From the IMG/VR virus record IMGVR_UViG_3300046709_000146, positions 1 through 63,703 of that record: a stretch of DNA of 63,703 nucleotides; one strand, 5' to 3'. The notes below the pieces were generated by a model. The model searched no databases, was not told the origin of the DNA, and was given only the letters and a program-made list of their open reading frames with translations. Below are positions 57,697 to 63,703 of the stretch, in pieces. The first letter of the stretch is position 1. Every line of letters starts with the position of its first letter. The DNA is from a virus. Taxonomy: Duplodnaviria > Caudoviricetes. Position numbers and translations under genes: made by a program.

Positions 57697-58631
57697 CGCT
57701 GGGCTCCGTAGCCGGGCCGCTCGGCCGGCGTCTGCGCGTCCGTGACGATGCGGACGGTCGTGCCGCGCGGGTAGCGCATGGGGTTGGCGGTCGGGTTGTT
57801 GTGAATGACCTCGTCGGCGCGGTCGGCGTCGTTGTGGTAGTGCGTCGCGATGTCGTAGGCGCTCATGTCCGCCTGCAGCACGACCTCGATGGTCTGCACC
57901 AGGTCGTTCTGGTTGGCGGCGTCCTCCGCTGCGCCTGCGAAGTCGATCAGCGTGTTGAACAGACTCCAGCGCTCGAGCTCCTCCTTGGCGCTGAAGTTGA
58001 GAAAGCGCGAGACCACGAAGTACACCTCGTCGAGCAGCGCCGCGACCTCGTCGGCCGTCATCGCCGCCGTGTTGAGCGCGTCCTGAAACTTGCCCCAGGT
58101 GTCAGACAGCCGGAAGGGCGGCTTGTCCTCGTCCGGCAAGTCGATGAACGCGACCTCTTGGTCGACCTGCGCGGCGAACAGACTCGCGCGCGCTGCGCCT
58201 GCGAGCTCGGGCTTGGTGAGGTTACTGAGCAGCGACTGGTCAAGCCCGCGCTCCTCGAGCACGAGCGAGAGCATCACGCCGTCGCGACGCTCGCCCGACG
58301 TCATCACGTCGTAGTCGAGAATCTGCACCTGCACCGGGCCGAACTCCGGGTCGACGTACTCGACCGAGCCGCGCTGCTCAGGGTCCTCGATGACCGCGAG
58401 CAAGAGCTGGTACGTGTCGGGGTAGTACGACTCGTCGAGGCCGCGAAAGAGCGGCACCGTCAGGTTGAAGACGTAGGGCTTACGCCCGAGCTCCTCGACG
58501 CCCTGGCCGTCGCGATACGGGTACTCGGTGCGGCTGACGCGCCGGCCTGTGGCGACCTTGCGATCGCTGACCGGGAACTCGACGTACGCGAGACTCGCCT
58601 CGAGAATCGTCTGCTCGAAGTAGTCAGCCAT
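57693..58631 (-). CDS. Mu gpN-like (DNA circularisation N-terminal domain) tail protein with LysM-like C-terminus
   Basis: EAS..YVEF...GRR....EYPYRDG..VEELGR; IATHYH...NNP..NP. Confidence 0.85.
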   Translation of the reverse strand: MADYFEQTILEASLAYVEFPVSDRKVATGRRVSRTEYPYRDGQGVEELGRKPYVFNLTVPLFRGLDESYYPDTYQLLLAVIEDPEQRGSVEYVDPEFGPVQVQILDYDVMTSGERRDGVMLSLVLEERGLDQSLLSNLTKPELAGAARASLFAAQVDQEVAFIDLPDEDKPPFRLSDTWGKFQDALNTAAMTADEVAALLDEVYFVVSRFLNFSAKEELERWSLFNTLIDFAGAAEDAANQNDLVQTIEVVLQADMSAYDIATHYHNDADRADEVIHNNPTANPMRYPRGTTVRIVTDAQTPAERPGYGAQR

Positions 58632-60574
58632 CAGCGGGGCTCCCTTGGCGCGCCGGCCGTGGGCTTGGCGGCGTTGGCGCGGATGCCTGCGTCGATGGTC
58701 TTGAGCACGGCGACGATCTCGCTCGTGCCGCCCTGCGCGTTGACGCGCTTGCCGCCGATGCGGTCGAGCGCCTCGTTCTGCCCGGTCACGCTCGACATCC
58801 AGTCGGCGAGCATGTCGCTGAGCGAGCGCTTGTCGTCGCGCAGGGCGCTTGTGGCCATGTTGATGCCCTCGCCGACTGCGTAGCCGGCAGCGCCTGCGAC
58901 CAGCGCCCCGCCTGCCATCACCGCGCCGCCTGCGAGCCCGCCCGCCGCTGCGACCGACCCGAGCGCGCCCGTCGCGCCGAGCGCGCTCACGCCGCTGCCC
59001 ACTGCGCCTGCAGCCTTGCCCAGGAGCCCGCCCGTCTCCGCGCCGCCGAACAGCTTTCCCTGGATGGCGGCGCTCAGCACCGACGTCACGCCCATCGCCG
59101 CGATGCTGCTCGCCCAGATGGACAGCGCGCCGAAGGACTTCTCGAGCGTGTCCGCTGCGCCCGAGACGGCGCCGAGCTGCGTGTTCATCTCGTCGAGATG
59201 GCTCATCGTGTCGGCCTGCATCTCGGCGGCCGCGACCTGGTTCTTGAAGAAACCCTCCTGGGAGAGCGACGCAAAGCCGCCGCTAATCGCTGCGCGCCCC
59301 GCCTCCTCGCTCACGCCCGCGATCGTCTTGAACCCGACACCGCCCGTCTTCTCGCGCTCGCGCGCAGCGAGCAGCGACTCGACCGCCTGCAGCGACCGCG
59401 TCTCGGTGAAGATTTTTTGTCGCGTCGCGGCGCTCTTGAACTTGCTGTTGTTGCCGAGCTGGTCGAGCAGCTTGCCGACGTCGACCTTGCCGCTCGAGTC
59501 GGCGACGTTGTTGATGCCGATGCCCTTGAGCTCCTTGCGCACCTTGACGTCGTTGACGTCCGTGATGAAGCGCTCGAGCCGCGTTGCGCTCTCCGCCGAG
59601 CCGAACTGTCCGGTCGCGATGCCTTGCGAGGCGCCCAAGAACTGGCGCACGCCCCCGATGCCCTTCTGCCCGGTGTTCATCGAGAAGATGCCTGCGCTCG
59701 CCGCGAAGTCGCGCGCGAAGTCCTTGAGCTCGACCGAGCCCTTGTCTGCAGACGCGCTCATGAGGTAGCCGGCCTGGATGGCCTCCTCGCCCGTCAGGTT
59801 GAACGCCTGCTTGACCGAGCCGATCGCCTTGGCGAACTCGCCCGTGTCCGCGTTGGCGACCTTGGCGATGGTCGCAATCTCTTTGATGTTGTCCGCAAAG
59901 AACTGAAGCTCGCCGAACTGCGCGTGCCCCGTCTCGACGACGCCGAGCAGCTCGCCCTGGTCTTTGCCCGTCGCCTTGCTCGCCTCGATGATCTTGCTCT
60001 GCGTGGCTTCGCGCTGCTCGGCGGTCTGGCCCGCTGCGCCCGTGACGCTGAAGAGCCGCTCGCGAAAGTCATTGCCCGCTGCGATGCGCTCCTCCAGCGA
60101 CCTGTGCCCCGTCGCGCCGCGCGCCGTCGAGACGGCAACGCCGATGCCGGCTGCTGTGCTCGCGCCCGCCGTGGCCATCAGCCCGCCGATCTGACGCAGC
60201 GTCTCGCGCTTGGCTTTGACCTCGGCGGCGGCGGTTCTCTCGGCGTTGCGTATCTGCTTGGCCGCCTCGCGCTCGGCGGCGCGCGTGACCTTGGCCTGCT
60301 CGGCCATGCGGACCTTGGCGCTCTCCTGCGCGAGCCGCTGCCAGCGCTCGGCCTCGCGCTCTGCAGTGCGCTCGATCTCGCGTCCGCTCTTGTCAGCGCC
60401 GCGCGCGACATCCTTCTGCGCCTCGGTCGTCTTCTTGGCCGCTGCGACCTGCGTGTCGGCCGCAGCCTTGGCAGCCTTGCCCGCGGCGCTCGTCTCGCGC
60501 GTCACACCCTGCAGGGACTTGAGCGCCTCGCTCGCGCCCACCATGGTGATCTTCGCGGTCGCTTCGATGCTCAC
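58631..60574 (-). CDS. Tape measure protein
   Basis: 647 aa, Ala/Gly-rich and helical, after the chaperone gene. Confidence 0.85.
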   Translation of the reverse strand: MSIEATAKITMVGASEALKSLQGVTRETSAAGKAAKAAADTQVAAAKKTTEAQKDVARGADKSGREIERTAEREAERWQRLAQESAKVRMAEQAKVTRAAEREAAKQIRNAERTAAAEVKAKRETLRQIGGLMATAGASTAAGIGVAVSTARGATGHRSLEERIAAGNDFRERLFSVTGAAGQTAEQREATQSKIIEASKATGKDQGELLGVVETGHAQFGELQFFADNIKEIATIAKVANADTGEFAKAIGSVKQAFNLTGEEAIQAGYLMSASADKGSVELKDFARDFAASAGIFSMNTGQKGIGGVRQFLGASQGIATGQFGSAESATRLERFITDVNDVKVRKELKGIGINNVADSSGKVDVGKLLDQLGNNSKFKSAATRQKIFTETRSLQAVESLLAAREREKTGGVGFKTIAGVSEEAGRAAISGGFASLSQEGFFKNQVAAAEMQADTMSHLDEMNTQLGAVSGAADTLEKSFGALSIWASSIAAMGVTSVLSAAIQGKLFGGAETGGLLGKAAGAVGSGVSALGATGALGSVAAAGGLAGGAVMAGGALVAGAAGYAVGEGINMATSALRDDKRSLSDMLADWMSSVTGQNEALDRIGGKRVNAQGGTSEIVAVLKTIDAGIRANAAKPTAGAPREPR

Positions 60575-60738
60575 CGTCCGCTCCTTCGCTCGCGCACTTC
60601 GGCCAGCACTTGCAGGAAGTAGATCAACTGGGTGGCGGTGACGTCCCGCGCAGCATCGACGCCATAGAAGTGACGCAGTGCCTCAGCGTGGACGAGTCGT
60701 AGAGGCTCAAGACCGCCAGTGGCTGCGCTGATTTTTTT
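60571..60738 (-). other. -1 programmed frameshift (A AAA AAA at 60738-60732) and G-T extension frame
   Basis: CTA AAA AAA TCA; the -1 frame stays open to 60571 and overlaps the tape measure start. Confidence 0.75.
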
Positions 60739-61148
60739 AGCGACTCGACGAGCGCTCCGACCTCCTCGGGCGGGCAATGCGTGTAGGGGTCCATCGCCTC
60801 GTGATGCGCCTTGTACAGCTCGAACAGCGTGCGCACCGTCAGGCTGTCAAGCTCGGCGACCTCCTTCTGCGAGCTGAAAAAGGGCTGCGTCGGCGCGTCG
60901 ACGTCGACGAATGCACGCGAGATGGTCTCGCGATGAATCATGCGGTCGAGGAACTCCGGGTCGGCGACGAGCTCGGCCTTGGCGCGCTTGCACAGCTCGA
61001 CCGCCTCGAGCCGCACGCTGTCAAGCTCCGCGTCCGTGAGCAGCTTGACCCCGACCTCGATGCCGGGCTGCCCAGGAAACGGGTAGCGCTGCATGACCTG
61101 TCTGCCACGCAGCGCCGCACGCACCGACTCGTCCGAGAACTTCGCCAT
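60624..61148 (-). CDS. Tail assembly chaperone (G)
   Basis: Between tube and tape measure; contains slippery site. Confidence 0.75.
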   Translation of the reverse strand: MAKFSDESVRAALRGRQVMQRYPFPGQPGIEVGVKLLTDAELDSVRLEAVELCKRAKAELVADPEFLDRMIHRETISRAFVDVDAPTQPFFSSQKEVAELDSLTVRTLFELYKAHHEAMDPYTHCPPEEVGALVESLKKSAQPLAVLSLYDSSTLRHCVTSMASMLRGTSPPPS

Positions 61149-61522
61149 TACGCGCCCAGAATCTTCGGCGCGCCCGCGATGAACTGCGCGCTCTGCATCG
61201 TGGCCGCGTCGACCGCGTTGGCCCAGTCTGCAGACTCGAACCAGCCCTGAAACTGCACGCGCTGGTTGCCGCTCTTGACGACGATCGTGAAGATGCGCTT
61301 CTGCAGCACCGCCGTCCTGAAGTCGAACTCCATACCCTTGCGCGGGATGGCGCTCTCGATGGTGGCCTCGCTCGTGGTCGCGCCGTCACTCTTGCCGGCG
61401 AGGCCCTTGCGCATCGTGAAGACCTGGTTGTTGTTGCCCTTGATCGAGAAGCTCGCCTTGTTGGCCTCGGCCAGCAAGCGCGCCTCGATGTAGATTTCTG
61501 CTGGCCCCTCGTACGCGTCCAC
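61148..61522 (-). CDS. Tail tube protein
   Basis: 124 aa beta-rich, directly after the sheath gene. Confidence 0.8.
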   Translation of the reverse strand: MDAYEGPAEIYIEARLLAEANKASFSIKGNNNQVFTMRKGLAGKSDGATTSEATIESAIPRKGMEFDFRTAVLQKRIFTIVVKSGNQRVQFQGWFESADWANAVDAATMQSAQFIAGAPKILGA

Positions 61523-61550
61523 GTGTCACCTCCTGTTGGCGCTGAGAGGC

Positions 61551-63029
61551 TCAGCCGATCTGTCGAACGTCGTTTGCGAACTGGTGCGCGCCCTCGATGA
61601 CGTCGAGCGGCAGCACGCCGTTGAACCTGCCCGGCGCTGTCTCGGACAGCTCGGTCAGGATCTGGCCCTTGTTCTTCTCGACCGAGCCGACCTCGAGCAG
61701 GCCGTCCTCCTCGGCGCCGATGGCGACCTCGTAGAGCGCGTCGCGGTAGAGCGCTGGCGTCAGCACGCCGCTCGGCGCGACCTGGCCATCGGGCGGGTCC
61801 TGCGACGCGTTGAAGCCGACGAAGCGGTCGAGGCAGAGCAGCTCGGTGCGGTCTGCGACCTCGTCCGGGACGGCGACCTTGGTCGTGTCGAGCACGCGGT
61901 AGTCCGCGTTGCTGAGCTGGTCGCGGCTGCGCGTCGTGATGGAGCGGACGACGTACACCGTGCCGTCGCCCGCGGTCGCCAGCGGCGTGATGCCGTTGTT
62001 GAGCGCGCTCTGTAGCTGCGCATTGATGGGGCGACTGGTGACGAGCGCGTGCGGCTTGACGCTCGGCAGGATCTCGCCGTCGAAGTTGTAGGCGGTGCCG
62101 CTCGCGCCCGCGCTCTCGCGCGCGGCGATGCGCGCCGCCAGGCCCGCTGCGATGACGCCCGGAGGCTGGTCGGCGAGGTACTGCCAGGCGGCCTGCATGC
62201 GCGCCTTGTTCAGCCCGGTGACGAGCGTGGTGGTCAGGGCGAGCGTGTCGAGCGAGCCGAACAGGCAGCGCTTGCGATGGCCGACCTCGGGCTGCTGCTC
62301 GGCATCGATGTGCGCGCGGAAGAGCGCGAGGTTGGTGGCGTCGGAGTAGGGCGCGACCAGGTAGCGTCGACGCACCGCCGCGATCGCGTCGAGCGCAGCC
62401 TGCGGGTTGTCGCTCGTTGCGCCGGTCGTCAGGTAGCCGCCGACCGGCGCAACCGCCGTGATGCCTGCGCCCTGGATGGCGCGCTCGCGCACGGCGATGA
62501 AGTTGCCGCGCGGGCCCTTGTGCTTGGCCGTGAGCGTGACCGTCCCGGTGTTCGCGGCGGCCGTGACGGGCCAGTCGCCTTTCGCGTTGATGGCGGCAGC
62601 GACGGCGATGCCGACCGCAGCAGAAGCGTCGCCGCTGTTGACGCCGACCTGAATCTCCTCGCCCAGCACGGTCACGCCGCGCGTGCCTGCGCTGGTCGCC
62701 GTGCCTGCGTAGACGATAGTCCCGGTCGCTGCAGTGCCTGCAGACTCGGCGATGGCGATGGCCTTGAGCGAGATGCCCGCCCAGCCGTCGAGCGCCGCCT
62801 TGGCCATCAGGAAGAGCTCCGAGCCCGCGCCGAAGTACGTGCGCGCGTCGTCCTCCGAGAAGATGTCGTACTCGGTCAGCGGCAGCGCCGAGCCGCTCGC
62901 GGTCATGTTGCCGAACAGCACGACGTGGCGCGTGACGCCGCCTGCCGAGCGCACGCCGACGCCGAGCGAGACGAGCGTGTACGTGCCTGGCACGCGGTTG
63001 GAGTCGCTGATGATGCTCTGCAGGGCCAT
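61551..63029 (-). CDS. Tail sheath protein (Mu gpL-like)
   Basis: RVPGTY, FGAGSEL, PVTA...TAKHKG.RGN, LNNGITPL, RSITT. Confidence 0.93.
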   Translation of the reverse strand: MALQSIISDSNRVPGTYTLVSLGVGVRSAGGVTRHVVLFGNMTASGSALPLTEYDIFSEDDARTYFGAGSELFLMAKAALDGWAGISLKAIAIAESAGTAATGTIVYAGTATSAGTRGVTVLGEEIQVGVNSGDASAAVGIAVAAAINAKGDWPVTAAANTGTVTLTAKHKGPRGNFIAVRERAIQGAGITAVAPVGGYLTTGATSDNPQAALDAIAAVRRRYLVAPYSDATNLALFRAHIDAEQQPEVGHRKRCLFGSLDTLALTTTLVTGLNKARMQAAWQYLADQPPGVIAAGLAARIAARESAGASGTAYNFDGEILPSVKPHALVTSRPINAQLQSALNNGITPLATAGDGTVYVVRSITTRSRDQLSNADYRVLDTTKVAVPDEVADRTELLCLDRFVGFNASQDPPDGQVAPSGVLTPALYRDALYEVAIGAEEDGLLEVGSVEKNKGQILTELSETAPGRFNGVLPLDVIEGAHQFANDVRQIG

Positions 63030-63032
63030 GGG

Positions 63033-63674
63033 TCAACGCTCCAGTTCTGCGTCGTCAGACGCGGGCGGCGGCTCGGGGGGCAGCTCGTTGTCGATGCCGG
63101 GGCGCGTCGGCAGGTTGACGCCGATGGGCGGCAGCTCCTCGGGCAGCTCGGGGTAAGGCAGCTCGTTGTCGGGGCCGGGCGACTCAGGCAGCGTGCTGCC
63201 CCCTGGCGGGCGCTCGGGGCGCGGCAGCTCGTTGCCGGGGCGCGGCCCTTCCGGCAGCGTGCTGCCGATAGGCGGCAGGCCAGGGCGCGGCAGCTCGTTG
63301 TCGGGCGCAGGCCCCTCGGGCAGCGTCGAGCCGATGGGCGGACGCTCAGGCGGCAGCGTGTTGTCGATGCCGGGCGTCGGCAGCGTGCCGCCGATGGGGC
63401 GCTCGCTGTCGGGGTCGGGCTCGGGCTCGGGGCCAGGTAGCGCCTCGCCCGTCGCGTCGTCGAGGTCGCCGCACGACAGCGCCTTGCGGTAGTAGATCGT
63501 GTTGGGCACGTCGACGGGCGCCTCGCTCATCGACAGCTTCACGACGCCGTCAATCTCGTGGTCGTACGCCTCGCCGGCAGGCGCGGTCGACCAGCCGACG
63601 TAGCCGCGATGCGCGTCGCCCTCCCACTGCAGCAAGCGCCCTTCGACGGCGCGGACTCTGAGCGTATCGGTCAT
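63033..63674 (-). CDS. Mu gp38/DUF2635-like protein with Pro-rich PGIDNxLP repeat tail
   Basis: LRVRAVEGR...VPNTIYYRKAL.CGDL just upstream of sheath; repeats shared with 1515..2330. Confidence 0.65.
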   Translation of the reverse strand: MTDTLRVRAVEGRLLQWEGDAHRGYVGWSTAPAGEAYDHEIDGVVKLSMSEAPVDVPNTIYYRKALSCGDLDDATGEALPGPEPEPDPDSERPIGGTLPTPGIDNTLPPERPPIGSTLPEGPAPDNELPRPGLPPIGSTLPEGPRPGNELPRPERPPGGSTLPESPGPDNELPYPELPEELPPIGVNLPTRPGIDNELPPEPPPASDDAELER

Positions 63675-63703
63675 GGCTTGAGGCTCCAGTCATCAGGCGG
63701 TGG
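63655..63703 (+). repeat. 49-bp terminal direct repeat, copy 2
   Basis: Identical to 1-49. Confidence 0.97.

Larger units (their letters stand above)
1..63703. mobile_element. Complete circular temperate phage genome with Mu-like contractile tail, probable phage-plasmid
   Basis: Terminal direct repeat; full head, tail and baseplate gene set; switch region; ParA and Cre-like recombinase; no host housekeeping genes. Confidence 0.92.

Noticed and set aside
53507-63029. Mu-like transposable phage or stand-alone contractile injection system
   Set aside because: Only the tail is Mu-like; no DDE transposase or MuB, and capsid, portal and terminase are present.
63655-63703. Terminal repeat as a biological DTR or att site
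   Set aside because: It falls inside overlapping coding sequence and is best explained as the assembler's circular overlap.
1-63703. Abundant CTCGAG/TCGA words as the modification target
   Set aside because: Explicable by CTC-GAG and GTC-GAC codon pairs; cannot be judged without a codon-controlled k-mer analysis.

Overview
The window looks like a complete, circularly assembled genome of about 63.65 kb (bases 1-49 are repeated exactly at 63655-63703) from a GC-rich temperate phage with a Mu-like contractile tail. A Myxococcota host is plausible but only inferred. One long leftward gene run begins at a cro/cI-like switch (about 17.2-18.0 kb). It passes through replication, terminase, portal and head genes, crosses the window join into sheath, tube, tape measure, baseplate and fibre genes, and ends with a membrane-anchored GH5 glycanase and a DNA-modification cluster. 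The middle of the genome holds recombination genes (Gp157, Sak4-like ATPase, SSB), a Cre-like recombinase beside a lox-like site, a ParA partition cassette with 8-bp repeat arrays, a second replication initiator and five ribbon-helix-helix paralogues, which together suggest a phage-plasmid. There are two standout observations. First, a ParB-like / AsnB-like amidotransferase / C5-cytosine MTase / CmoA cluster, whose MTase has Arg in place of the motif-X Asn, is predicted to make 5-carboxymethyl-C and amidate it to 5-carbamoylmethyl-C. Second, an intein in the minor head protein carries its homing endonuclease on the opposite strand. All calls come from reading motifs by eye; no database searches were run, and several start codons were re-picked from the ORF track.
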